A stretch of 61,083 nucleotides of DNA, the filler included, from Circinaria calcarea (lineage: Eukaryota): the NCBI GenBank assembly GCA_051942165.1. It is 11 parts of 11 records of this genome, joined end to end, with 100 filler letters (N's around TTAATTAATTAA, not from the genome) between each part and the next. Parts side by side here need not be neighbours in the genome. Positions count along the whole stretch, not along the records: positions 11,149 to 16,620 come from JAVECS010001891.1; positions 16,721 to 22,192 come from JAVECS010001892.1; positions 22,293 to 27,761 come from JAVECS010001893.1; 8 more parts are not named here. One strand, written 5' to 3'. Shown in pieces: positions 11,979-24,576 of the stretch (position 1 is its first letter; the number at the start of each line of letters is the position of its first letter). Position numbers and translations under genes: made by a program. The notes beneath the pieces were generated by a model. The model had not been told where the DNA came from. It saw only the letters and a list, made by a program, of their open reading frames with translations, and ran no database searches.

Positions 11979-12253
11979 TTTTGGGTCTCAGGTATGACCG
12001 ATTGCGACAAGATAGGAATTTCTGCTTTATGGTAAGAGACCGCTCCGTGGCGATGCCGGGGCTAACACAGCCCCCCATCAGAAACGTGGAACCTAGCCAA
12101 CATCCAGTCGCGTGCATGATTGGAAAGTTCTTATTGGACTAGTTTTGCGGTAACTTAGCAAAAGCAAAGCGCGATATTAAGTAGCCCAAGCGCTTACTGA
12201 TTCAGCATATGGAGATAGCCTTGTTCTCAAGGCGCATCTAGATTCTTCTTTCA

Positions 12254-12909
12254 CCCCCGAGTCTTAGGGGGGGTCGCCAAGCTTTCCGGGGGGGGGGCCG
12301 TCCGGTATCTAAATTTCGCCCCGGTATATAATAAAAACTAGGCGTATTCGCCCTGAGCCAGGCGCAATTCGCCCTGAGTGTCAGGACCGGCTCGAATTAA
12401 TGCCTGAATGGCGTGAATTCAAAAGGGTATGCTGAATACGGGAGGCTAATTAGCTGGTTCGGTGCATTCTGGAAGGCATAGTTCGGCGCATAGTTCGGCG
12501 CATTCCGAAGGCATGGAAGGCACGAAAGGCATGGATTTTGGCTACATTACACGGAGCGCGCACCACGATAGAAGGTTAGAGGTCAGTTTCGTGGAAAAAG
12601 CGGAGTGTATTTAGTTCTTGCGGAATATGCCATACTAGGCCTGCCATGCCCCTGTTTCTGCCTCCGTCTTCACAAAATATAAAAGTATTAAGCCAAGGCA
12701 GAGGCACGAGTATACCAATATTTAATGGAGGCCGGGGCACGAGGCGCGAGCGTTCGGCAGGCGTAGCCTCTGTGGATAGAAGGTAGAGGCCCGGAGCAGT
12801 GAATTACGCTTAATTATAAATTCTGGGTTCGGGTAATACTCGGATCGGTATAATACCGGCCGACTCCCCCCCGGAGTTAAGCGACGACCCCCCCCCTTGA
12901 GACTCAGGG
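12254..12909. mobile_element. Non-autonomous DNA transposon/MITE with ~55-bp imperfect G/C-run TIRs and TTCA flanking duplication
   Basis: Left end CCCCCGAGTCTTAGGGGGGGTCG..TCCGGGGGGGGGGCCGTCCGGTAT matches the right-end reverse complement CCCTGAGTCTCAAGGGGGGGGGTCG..TCCGGGGGGGAGTCGGCCGGTAT. TTCA occurs at 12250-12253 and 12910-12913. Short internal direct repeats are present and there is no ORF. Confidence 0.75.
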
Positions 12910-13230
12910 TTCATTCATTCATCATTAACTAATAACTAATTAATTATTTCAAGCAGCACAGAAAGATATCTCTTGGGGTCACACAGAGCTCCTAGACCGG
13001 TATTTAATTTGAGATATATTAGGCCTCATAATAACCAAGTGCGCAGGATCGTTTTGTCATGCTCTACACTTAGGGGGGCGGCAAAACCTCGCTTAATTGG
13101 CATCTTGGCGTATGGCGAAAAACCTCTCACGCATATAGTTTTCCTCCTTTACGGTTAGTTCTTGAATACACTGCGTATAGCCATCGTATTGCTCGTACCT
13201 CACATTACCACATGCCTTAGCCATAGAATT

Positions 13231-13322
13231 AGAATTCTTTAGTAATAATTTATACGCTGTGCGAAGCAATTGAGCACATCATTATATATTTAACCGTCCC
13301 TTATTCGTAAAGGATCCTTACA
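13231..13322 (+). mobile_element. 3' part of the LTR-like repeat family
   Basis: AGAATTCTTTAGTAATAATTTATACGCTG..CAATTGAGCACAT..ACCGTCCCTTATTCGTAAAGGATCCTTACA aligns with 50566-50681. Confidence 0.8.
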
Positions 13323-15044
13323 AAAAGCTTGTTTTTATAAGGGTAGCATAAGCATGGTCAAGCTCATCCTGATATATATCGACGCTTCTTTTCCTTAGAA
13401 CTGTACCTTTCGCTCCAGCTCGCAAGATGGGCTTTTCGGGAGTAGTCAAAATCATGAGGTCTTTGACAATTTTCCTACTAGCAGGGCCATCGAGAACTAC
13501 TTGCTCAAGCCTAGGCCAGATCTCAGACAGGAAACGCTCCCTTCCATCTCGAGTTGCTACGGGTATGAGGGGCTCGATCAACACTGCAGGTTGCGGTCTA
13601 GCATGCCCACAGATAATGGCAACGCCAATTGAAGGATGCGACCCAATTGCAGCTTCCATACTGGCAGGATTCAGCTTTCTGGCATCCGAAAAAACAATCA
13701 CATCATCTGTTCTCCCTGCGTGGCGCCATAGTCCTTCCTTGGCGGGATGGCTAACATAGAGATCTTTCATGGAATATTCTTGCAAGTCCGGGAACGTGAA
13801 GAATACTCCTTGGAACGACTCTAGCGCTTTGTCGCGGGTGATTATCAGCTCGAAGAGATTGTCGCCAAAGTCGTGAAGCTGATGGCCTAGCTGCGAGCTG
13901 AACTTTACGTACTGCCAATCTTCAGGTGCAGATATTTCTGTAGGTAAGTACCCAGTTTCAGTCGAGCCAAAGCCAGAATTCAGGTGGGTTTTTGCTGAAA
14001 TGAGTTGACCAGTGCTGTACGACAACGGTCCCCCAACATAAGAAACCAATTCCAAAGACCGGAGGTTTTCAAGATATTCCGGGTTTGCGGAGACGTCAAC
14101 TAGAATACTCGGGGGAAACAGACTCGCTTCGACATTGCCGTAAAGGTGTACACTGTTTGCAATCTCTGCGTTGATCTTGGGCACGGATGGTACAACTACA
14201 GGAATAAACTCGTTGAAGATAGCGGTTGGGAGAAGGAACATGATGCCCGCAGCGTGAAACCAGGGGAAGGATGTAAAGACTCTCTTCCCTCTCCAGTAAC
14301 AGGATTGCCAGGGGCTACCTCCAAGAGATGGAATCATTTGATATGAATCAACAGGTGTTATTGTGCCGTGCGCCAAGACCAGCACTTTGGGGATTCCAGT
14401 CGACCCCGACGAATGCAGCACAACAAACGGGTCATGACTTGCTTCAAGGTACGTCTTTCGATACGGGTAGGTTGCAACGTCGGGACCCTGAAGCCAATCG
14501 TTCAGGTTTGGCAGTGGAAGTGTTCGCATCGACCTTTTGGCCAAGATCTTTTGGGGAACCGAAGACACATCTTCCGGCTGAGGCGTCAGGAAAATAACAC
14601 ACGCCAGCTTTTCCAAAAGACAAATGTGGCCATCAACCGTATTGCTGGGAGAACTGAAGAACATCTAACACATCGTGCCTCGTAATAAGCGAAAAACGGA
14701 CAACGGTTCCTTGGGAAATCGATAGCCAAGCTTACCTTGTAGCCCGTCTTCACCGACGCCAGAACCAGGATCGCGTGCCGGAGGTCCTGCGGCTCCAGAT
14801 ATGTGAAGATAGTCTGGAAGTCTTGACTGCGACCAAGCCTGTCCTCTATCCACCACGCACACCGATTGATTGCCTGTGCAAGTTGACCGAAAGTAATGTC
14901 TTCAAATCCAGCCTTGGGATCCGCCGTTTTTGCAACGGCTATGAAAGGCTTTTTAGGATCTAATATGGAGATCTCATCGATAAGGGTTGGCAACAGCCTG
15001 CGCCCGCAGTCTGCGGGAAACGTAGTAGAGGTGAGAGGTCTCAT
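13318..15044 (-). CDS. NRPS-like adenylation (AMP-binding) domain protein lacking thiolation and reductase domains
   Basis: Exons 14736-15044 and 13318-14664 (intron GTAAG..TAG). Motifs RLLPTLID, VLHSSGSTGIPK, FGSTETG, YSMKDLY, GRTDDVIVF and KGTVLRK are typical of A-domains of fungal carboxylic-acid-reductase-like enzymes. Confidence 0.88.
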
Positions 15045-15904
15045 ATCTGTTTGGTCTTGGTTTGGCGAGTCTTTGGAGGGCTCTAGGGGATGTGGGTTTT
15101 TCTAAAACGGTTGAGTTGATAATAAGAAAAGTTCGTATAAGTATAAGAGGAATAATTCACCCAGTCCTTGCTTTGCTTATTATATTTTGATGATAATCCG
15201 GCGGCGACGAAAGCATTACTTATTTATACTTCATGCCTCGTTTTTCGTTCACACCCTTTCAAAATCCAAATGTAACCTACGCAGATCTTTCCCCCCACTC
15301 TCTTGCCTGATTCCCAGGTTCTTAATCTTCTCTGGGCAAACTGGGTAATATTACCTGCATATGTAGCTTCGGATATGATGCACCAATGCGGGCAAGGCAA
15401 CGAGATAACTATCCGCCTGCGGCATATGATGTTTTAATTTTCGTGATTTAACTGCACGTTTTAAATTTATTTGCATTCCGGTTTTATCACGCTGTGGATA
15501 TACGAAGGACCAGTCGATTGCATAGCTAATGGCTGTGGGTCTAATTGTACTTTAGGACATTTAATACAATCCTTTATCTTATCTGGATCCCTGAGCTAAT
15601 TCTACCACATAAGAACCAACAACGATTTGACCATCGTATAAACCATATATGGTATGCCGTTTGAAAAAGTTTGCACGTATATGTCTTAAATAGTCTCGAC
15701 AGCCCCCGAAACCTTCACCTTGGTAGTTTTCCATATCCCATTCGTTGACTGCATAGGCAAAATAATCTCTTCACTCCCATGTCTCCCACTGGAAGCGTCT
15801 AGGGCTTCAGAATTATTGGTGCAGGTGGTGGTGAACATCGGCCCAATGTGTCCCTCGAGGTCTGTCATCTGTGTCGAAGTGGCAAGACCATGCCCTAGTG
15901 GGTC

Positions 15905-16104
15905 GAATCCTCGGACTACTCAGCTCTCTCGCACTATACCGCTCGTGTCTTTAGTCGAATCTCGTGGTTACGGTGCTAACGATGGTGCGGTCAACCGGTC
16001 TGAGATCTGCCATTCTGCAGAGGACAGAAACGTGCCCCTGAGCTCAGTCAGAGCTCTCCTAAAGGTTGCGGCTTTCGCGAGAGAGCTGAGTAGTCCGAGG
16101 ATTC
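15905..16104. repeat. Perfect 28-bp inverted repeat with 144-bp spacer
   Basis: GAATCCTCGGACTACTCAGCTCTCTCGC (15905-15932) and its exact reverse complement at 16077-16104. Confidence 0.92.
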
Positions 16105-16730
16105 AGGCAATATGATGCCCTAATTGGGTAACAAGTGCGTAGGTTATGCTTCCACTCGCCAACTCTTGATATTCGAATACGAAAGCGTTTTGCAGTGGAT
16201 TTCCCCTGCTCCTTTCTCACGGAGACGTTGGTTTGGAGAGGATGCAGGGAAGACAGTTTGGCTTATTGAAATATCAGGTTCGAAGTGAGTGAGATGCTCG
16301 GAGTGCTAAATAGGAGTGGAGAAGTCTGCTGGAGAAGAAACGGGGACTTGTGCTTGAAGGAAATTGTGCTCAAAAACTGGATACACTTTGCTATACGATT
16401 GGATTTCTGCAGTAAGATATTTATAAATCACTATTGTATTATCATTGAAACCTGCCTGATTTTAATGATAGTACTCTAAAGTTCAGCTTTGTGATGTCTT
16501 TGATTGCATTGCTTCCTGTAAGCACTCCATCACGGGTGCATACAACGTACCGTTCCTCATGGAATGATAAACAGCAGTCATCAATGAGGAGACGGTCGGC
16601 GTCTGGATCCTTCCTTGCCGNNNNNNNNNNNNNNNNNNNNNNNNNNNNNNNNNNNNNNNNNNNNTTAATTAATTAANNNNNNNNNNNNNNNNNNNNNNNN
16701 NNNNNNNNNNNNNNNNNNNNCCCCGGTGCT

Positions 16731-16780
16731 AAAGGATCCTTTACGAATAGTTATAATGATCTTAACGAATAAGGGTCGGT
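16731..16780 (-). mobile_element. Terminal fragment of the LTR-like repeat family
   Basis: Reverse complement ACCGACCCTTATTCGTTAAGATCATTATAACTATTCGTAAAGGATCCTT matches 50630-50678. Located at a contig start. Confidence 0.75.
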
Positions 16781-17203
16781 CATATCAATATAAGGATGCT
16801 AGGATAGGCTAGACTTGTATATGATAAGGGATAGAGTCACTCCGTCGTGCACGATTAATTACCTGGAACGTAATATTGGTCTATGGTTGTTCCATGTATG
16901 GGTGGTCGATAAGTATGGCTATTCTAAAGAGCGGAGGAATAGCATAGCCTGCTTCTATAGTATGTTGTTGCTGATCTTGCTTCACCCTTCCACGAGCAAT
17001 ACTGAGCAACCTTCCTTGGTCACGAAGATTACCCCCGTCCCCGGAGCTAACCTCCCCGTAGTATGGTATGGCACTGACGCCCATAACATGTACGAATAAT
17101 TATCTTTTATTTAAAAAATGATCGATTACGGGTTTTAGGGCGCGTATTAGCAGTAGATATCCGTTTCTCGGTGTTATTTAATTTCCCATAGCTTCATGGA
17201 CTT

Positions 17204-20200
17204 TTAGTTTTCCTTGCTATGTAATCTCAAACTCTCCTCCAAAGCTCGTCGCATATCCTTTTCGTCCTCCATGCTATCAGTTGCTTTCATGGCAAGCTTT
17301 TGCTTGTGTTGACTCTCAGCAAGGCTTTGTCGTTTCACGTATTCAATCACAATCTCTTCCTCAGACTTCTCTCTTTCGACTGCATGATGGTATAGGCGAG
17401 ACTCTTCGAGTGCTTGCCGTAGATCTGCATCGACGTCCGGAGATGTAGAACCCCCATGCTGCTTGGACTCCTCAAGGGCGGCTATCATGTTCGAATCATC
17501 GTCCGTGTCAGCGTCAGTTTCATCCCGGGTAAGGCCCGTGTCTCGGCCCAAGTCTTGATCGGGGCTTCCAATTGGAAGCTGGAGCTGTTGGCCTCGCAAG
17601 CTTGAATACAATGATCCTTCAAAGCGGTCGCGGTGATCTTCCTCAATATAGGTGCTCGAACCGGCACTACTATGCTTTCTAGAGGCTTCAGCTACGCTGG
17701 CCTGAACTGCTCTTTTCAATGCATCATCGTCGTCGCCATCTTCAGAAGCTAAGCGTAGCTCAGCAACACTTGCCCTGATTGCACGCTCAATAAGTTGATC
17801 TTCGAGGGGATCACCCCTTGATGTAACAGCAACGGACTGACGGATTGCCTCCTCAAACTCTACGCCATGTGTTCCGACAGCAGAATTTTCAGTAGAGGGG
17901 CTTGCGTTCAAGTGAGCAGCATCATGAGCTAACCTGGATGAATGTTCCTGAGCTGATTGCGCCTGCACCTGCTGATCCGCCTTCTTTGTACTTCTTGCCT
18001 TCACGAGATCATGAACTGAATGTGAACGACGCTCCTGCGACCGTTTTTGCTTCCCGAGGTCTATTTGTGCTATATGCCAGCGGCTCACAACGTCGAGGCG
18101 TTGGGACTGAGTCGATGTTTTCCATTCATCGTAACCTTGAGCTGTTCGTGCTGCAATGATGTAATTCTGAACGCTTGAACCTTGGTGCTTTCGCAATTCC
18201 TTGTAAACACCCTTGAAGGTGTATCCCGGCAAGCCCCATATGGCTAAATGATCAGTTTCACTCAATCAACGTGCAATCATGCACTTACCGGCACCGGGTT
18301 TCAGCACGAGACCCCCTACGCCCTTACCAAATCCTTTCAGGAGCCCTGTTACACCCTCCTTCTTCGCACCTTCTAGAGGGTGCGTGACTAGGCCCGAAAC
18401 GCCATCATAAAACCCAAACCCAAACTCCTTGTGGACAAGTTAGCCTCTATTCCGGAGTACGCACCCAGGTATAGATACTTTGCCTGCAGCTTTCAGTCCA
18501 CTTTGCAGTCCGGTGATTTTCTCTGTCCTTCTAACTGTTTCGTCGCCATAAAGCTTTGGAGCATTGTGGAAGCCTCTCGCCAAGCCGAGCGTAAAATCCA
18601 TGGGCGATTTGAGGCCTGCTCCAACAATCCTACCGACACCCTTGCCAGCTCCAAGTGCAGCGTCGAATGTGATCCTCTGATTTGATGGCTCCATTGGAGA
18701 CCGTTTCGGAGTGCTAGAGAGGCTCTCGCCACCAGACGATCTGCTTGACTGAGGTCTAAGAGGGGGTCTATCCTTCACGGAATCGGATGTCACTAAGTTA
18801 TTGCCTGATTGCTGCTGGTTAGAGGATAGCAATACCGAAGGCTCAGATAATGATGAAAAGCTGGCTGTACGACTAAGAGTATTTGAGCTACTCTCTGCCG
18901 ATTTGTTTGTCTCGGATTGTACAAGCGCTGGGTCGTCGTGACAAATGACGTCGGCTACATCTGTCAGTGTTGGTATTGCAGACATATGAGGCCAGAATTA
19001 CTATACATTTGGGCGTACTGGGCGCTCCAGGTGTTTTGCCGCCGTTCGCTGACTGCCTATCATCCGTAGGCTTAGTTTGCATCGCTCGGAATATCTCGAT
19101 GGGAAAGTCAGCAACGCCCATCATCATGCTACCCATGGTTCCAAGAAGAGCTGAAGTAGCACCAGATATGGGCTCCAGAGGTCCCTCCTCGGTATCATAC
19201 TCTCTTGGACGGAATCTAGGCATGGTAAGCTTTAAACCACTCGATACAGTTACAGTAACATACAGTTTGAGATCAGTAAAATCCAGCAAGCCCTCATTCC
19301 CTAGTACTGCAGCAGCGAACGCACTCAGTTTGATATCCGTGCGCTTGATTCGCCATACAGCTGGACGGCTAGGCACAAGACTGCAACGTAGATTATCAAA
19401 ATCCAAGGTATCGTGGAAGCTTTTGGCTCCGACATCTGAGCCTTTCTCCGAACCGATTCTGGCACCAAGATCCTGTGCTCTTTTCAAAGTTGTAGGCTTC
19501 AAAGCCTCAGAAATGGCCGCCGCAAGCTTGTCTGCCGTCAAATGCTTGATGGGTATTGGTGCTGGTCCGGCACCGGCTTTTGCCACCATAGCGCCCCAGA
19601 ACGGTTGGTCTCCGAAAAAGGGTACAATTACGGTGGGTTTGCCAAGAGCAATCCCGGCTGCAGTAGTGCCAGCTCCTCCATGGTGAACGACGCAGGAAAC
19701 ATGTCTGAACAACCAGTCGTGAGGTATATTATCGAGCATGAAAACTCCGTCTGGAATCCCAAGCTCATCTGCACCAAAACCGCCCCACCCTTTCGATACA
19801 AGCACACGCTCTCCGGTTTTCTTCACGGCATCGAAGATAAGCCTCGTCATTGCATTTGGATCATCAAGGACGATAGACCCAAATCCAATATAAACCGGTG
19901 GCGGCCCGCTAGCTAAGAATTCTGCCAGATCAGGCGGTGGGCTGTAGGTATTTGCTAAGGACAGGAAGTAGAACCCTGACACAGATATGTGTGGACCCCA
20001 GTCTTTTGGTTTCGGAATCAAGGCTGGGGACCTAGGTTAAACACCTTAGCTGCCTACTCAACGGGTCGGTGCTTAAGGTGTATGAGCATACCAGCAATAT
20101 GTATATGGTATTCGGAGCCGACTGGCCATGCCAGGCGCCCACATAAGACTCACAGCCTCCAGGCCTAAACATTTTTCACGGAAACGATTGATTACATCTC

Positions 20201-21561
20201 CAAGTCCCTGCCAGGTCATCATCTCAACTAGGGCGTACGTTAGGAAATTTGTCATGTTTGCGTCTGCATTTGATGATTGTATGTTGGCTAATGGGTGAGG
20301 GAATGCTTGAGTAGGTGACCATGGCATACTAAACACCCTCCATGTTACTCGTCATTTGGAAATAGGGTTGGGGGAGGAGGGGATCCTTACGTGAACATGA
20401 GGTGCAATGGAATTCCCAGTTTTTCTGCACAGTGAACGTGGGCAAAGCTAGGAGGGTTCGCGATGATAGCGTCTGCAATGAAAGGCTTGGCTGCCAAGTC
20501 TCCGCTGCCGGAGATCCCACCGTCGAAGCTCTGTTGGCAGTTCAAATGAGCATCTGAAACTTCAACACCAGTCCCATCTCCGCTCTCGAAGCACGATCTC
20601 CAGCATCCCTTAACAATCTCATACATGCCCGTTCTTCGTTTGCCAATGTCGCCGCTACGAAGAGCATCCATACCCGGCATAAGTCCGGGATTCTTGACCA
20701 TAAAGGCCATGAGCTCTGCAGGATCGCCACCGATACTGAAGAACTCGAGATCGTTTTCTTCAACAAAGGTTCTGAATACCGGATGCGTTGCTAAACGAAC
20801 ACGATGGCCATAGGTTTTCCTCAGTACCTGCCCGAGCGATATGAATGGTTGTATGTCACCACGTGAACCGACGACGTGGATAACGACGTTGAGTGGAGGA
20901 GGAGGTGTCTGGCCCGGTAGTCCACCTAGAGAGGATGGAAGATAACCTGGAGGTAGGGCAGGTGGCTCGCCAGCGTATTGTAAATTTAATTGACTTCTTA
21001 GGGCGGGTACAAGAAGGTTGGACAATCTCCGGGACTTCTGGTCGATGTTGATGTTTAGACGGCCGTCGCCTAGTACCCGTTAGACTACACTTATCTTGGG
21101 TGTGGCTCTTCAGCAATGCATACTTGCAACGTAGGCTTGTGTATTTAAACCGTCCTGACTTAAATCCACCTTGCCGTAGGTCTGGCTGTACACGGGTGGG
21201 GGAACATCCTCGATAGGTTCCTCTTCTGCGAAACCAGCACGCCTCCTTGAGCTCGAGGCCCAAGCGGCTGTGCCCGGAGCAGTCTTACTACTAATGTGAC
21301 AGTTAAATTGGGTAGAAATTCCGAGGAGAGACGGGGCACGTACGTATCTGTGGGTCTAATCGATCCTTGGGATGGTCTCTGTTTGGATGAACCGTCTGTT
21401 TTGGTCATTGAGGTTGATTCATTCGAAGGTCCATAAAATGAAGGTTCGTCAACCATGTCCGAAGAAGAAGACGCCACCGCCTCTGCTTGAGCGATTACTT
21501 CAGGAGGCAACTGCTCATTCCCAGTCCCGTCAACCCCTTCGACGGGTTTGTTGCTGGTCAT
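17204..21561 (-). CDS. Sterol 3-beta-glucosyltransferase-like (GT1, Glyco_transf_28 + UDPGT C-domain) with C-terminal UIM-like repeats, multi-exon
   Basis: Motifs VVGSRGDIQPF, HRVRLATH, IIANPPSFAHVHCAE, TMPWSPT, PVYIGFGS, IPHDWLF..VVHHGGAGTTAAG and PFFGDQPFWG. The tail has several AIRxS/ALEES UIM-like motifs. Several GT-AG introns lie between the ORF pieces. Confidence 0.92.
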
Positions 21562-22292
21562 ATTGGTATCTCCAGCGCCACAACTGCTGGATAATTCGTT
21601 ATTCGATACTCCTGCGTTTTGTGAGTGGTGTCCAGAGCAAGCGGGGATGAGGAAGACAGTGGATCAATCTTCTGCATACCGAGTCATCAATCATTCACAT
21701 ATACTGGATCAGGCAATTAGGCGTACAACACGTTGACAACAAGGATTCATAGGGCTGATGAAGCAATGAATCAAATCTGATAAGCTAGACTAGACAACAA
21801 GCCTAAAGGACATACAGTGATAGGTGAAGGAGTACTCGGTTGTTTTGGAATAAAGGATCAAGCCAACATGGTGGTCAAGCAGAAGGCTTCGGATCAATGT
21901 CGCGTTGGGAGCCGGAGCGGATGGGGAGACGTGAAGGATCGTATCACAACGAGATTTCGTGCTGGTTCCGGACAAGAGGGCCTTTCGACTCCGATGACGA
22001 TAGTGTTCTCTTGACCATTCAACCCCATTAACATTGAACACGTAGGACGACGTACGTATCCTCGCCACGTTCAGATGCCGCATCCAAGGAGTGGGGGAGA
22101 GAAGTACCTAGCATGTCGCTCGACTTCGCCCATGACGCGTTTTGGACATTTGAATCGGCTCGCTATGTCAGGTTATCCAATCATAGTACTCGNNNNNNNN
22201 NNNNNNNNNNNNNNNNNNNNNNNNNNNNNNNNNNNNTTAATTAATTAANNNNNNNNNNNNNNNNNNNNNNNNNNNNNNNNNNNNNNNNNNNN

Positions 22293-23452
22293 CGTTTCAT
22301 AAACAGATCAGGTATCCATAGAGCGAAAAAAAGGTCTCGAGCGCGAACTTCTTCTTTTCCGTGGTTCTTCCGTAGGTCCAGGAATTCAAAAACATCTGCA
22401 TGCCACGGCTCTAAGTAGATAGCAAAAGCCCCCGGGCGCTTGTTTCCACCCTGATCGACGTATCTAGCAGTGTTGTTGAAGACCCGCAACATGGGTACAA
22501 TTCCATTGGAAGAGCCATTGGTACCCCCGATGTAGGATCCTGTCGCTCGAATGCGGTGTATGTTTAGACCGATACCGCCAGCAGTTTTGGATATCATAGC
22601 ACAGGTCTTGAGGGTATCATAGATCCCCTCAATGCTATCTTCCTTCATGTCAATCAAGAAACAGGAGGCCAACTGGGGATTAGGGGTCCCAGCATTGAAG
22701 AGAGTGGGAGATGCGTGCGTGAAATACTTCTGGGACATTAGGTTGTAAGTCTCAATTACCTTTTCGACATTGTCCTCATGGATCCCCACTGCAACACGCA
22801 TGATCATGTGTTGAGGTCGCTCAGCTATTTTGTCGTCAATCCGGAGCAGGTAGGATCGCTCCAAGGTCTTGAAGCCAAAAAATTGATAGTTGAAGTCTCG
22901 ATCGTAGACGATTGCCGAGTTTAGTTCCTCTGCATGCCTCATGACAATATCATAGGTTTTTTGGGAGATCATGGGGGCCGGTTGATGGTTCTTGGGGTTG
23001 ATGTAATGGTAGAGATCCGAGATCACAGAAGAGAACTGCTTCTTCGTTTGCTTGTGGAGGTTGGATAGTGCGATACGGGCAGCAAGGATGGCATAGTCGG
23101 GATGAGTGACCGTCATGTAAGCAGCAGTCTCAGCCGCCTAAAGAGATTGGTAAGTACAATATACCCCAACAGCGGGGATCCGGCCCCAAACATATTTCAC
23201 TCACGAGGTTGTCGAGCTCAACTGTAGTAACTCCCTGGTAGACACCCGAAATAACCTTCTGGGTAATTGCGGCAGCATCAACATGGTCAGCATCTAGGCC
23301 ATAGCAGAGCCTTGAGACACGAGCAGTGATTTTGTCGAATTGCACACGCTCTTTGCGTCCATCTGCAAGTAAAGATTTGCATCAGCAATGAGTCTGGTCA
23401 CTAAAATGCCATGCACGGGTGTTGAATACTTACCACGCTTCCAAACGAACAT
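22293..23452 (-). CDS. RNR1: Ribonucleoside-diphosphate reductase large subunit (5' part, truncated at contig end)
   Basis: [21 protein letters not shown] (introns 23363-23433 and 23138-23204), followed by [32 protein letters not shown] and [21 protein letters not shown]. Confidence 0.97.
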
Positions 23453-23613
23453 CTTGAGATTTAAGACCAGCACAAGGCGGCAATGAAAGAGGATAAGGTG
23501 GTGTTTGATTCTAGATACTCAATCAAAGCGTAAGAATAAAAAGTAGTCTCGAAGAGCGCAGAGAAACTGATGTTGCAAAGACGACGGAAAGGCGGGAATC
23601 TATTACAAGTTGG

Positions 23614-23640
23614 ACGCGAGCGTGTTAAGTGATTTCGCGT
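23614..23640. promoter_or_regulatory. Paired MCB/SCB-like ACGCGA motifs upstream of RNR1
   Basis: ACGCGA at 23614-23619 and TTTCGCGT (ACGCGAAA on the minus strand) at 23633-23640, about 160-190 bp upstream of the ATG. RNR large-subunit genes are established MBF targets in ascomycetes. Confidence 0.6.
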
Positions 23641-24576
23641 AGCCAGACACGAAAAGTGGACTTTACTATATGCGGTTAGAAAATTATCTCCGCAGCCATA
23701 GGTATCTAGAAGATACAATATCGATTTGACCTAACACTCAAGCTGATAGATTGCTAATTATCGCTGCGGTAGTAAGCGGCAATCCCTGGTGGCTTTCGTT
23801 ATTGTATCAACAAGTTCCTCACTCGCTATGAAAGCAATATCAATGCTATCAATATATCTAATTTAGTCCCGGACTCATTGCTTTAGGTACGGTGGAAAGT
23901 GAAATCCTATACCAGTTCTTTCAAGTCTAACAGACTACTAGCATCCTCGAACGAATCCATTTCAGTCAAAGGACAGTAGCTGAGGGGAAAGATAAATCAC
24001 TGATGATAGCCTCTAGTCATTACACAACTTGATAATCAAAATCTCCACGTTGACCCACCGGACGGATATAGCCCGGTTCGATGAACATCCAGCAGGGCAA
24101 CCTTCTTGAAAATCTGTACAGGTACGTGGAAGAATTAAACTCATCTGTTCTCTTCTCGATCGAAGGGGGTTAGCTACTAGTAGCCAGTAAGAACGGATTC
24201 TTTCATCGAAGATGGAGAAGGAATTTGGGTATCTGTTACTCATATTATAAGTACTGTACTCCAGGGTCTTTATCATCAATGGCTTGGCGGCTCTGTTGGA
24301 TGGGAATAAGGAACTCATACTGCACTATCCAGTACCTGTTCTCGAAAGTCATGAGATGGCCGCAAACCCTTATTATTGTGGTGAGTATCAGAGTAGTCTC
24401 TGCTCATGAATGCCAGTATCAAAGGTAGTCAAAGCCTAGTACTGCCCGAAACATAATATAACACTACCAAAATATATACCATCATCTTGCTATGTCTAAC
24501 AACTCGTCGTGGCCGCTCACAGTCCACACTTAGGCTCCACTATTGTTTACCTCATTCGTAGAGAATCCTGTTCGAC

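Noticed and set aside
15686..15868. 60-aa ORF resembling a PTH11-like C-terminal tail
   Set aside because: No transmembrane body is recognisable upstream. At most a relic, so it is not called as a gene.
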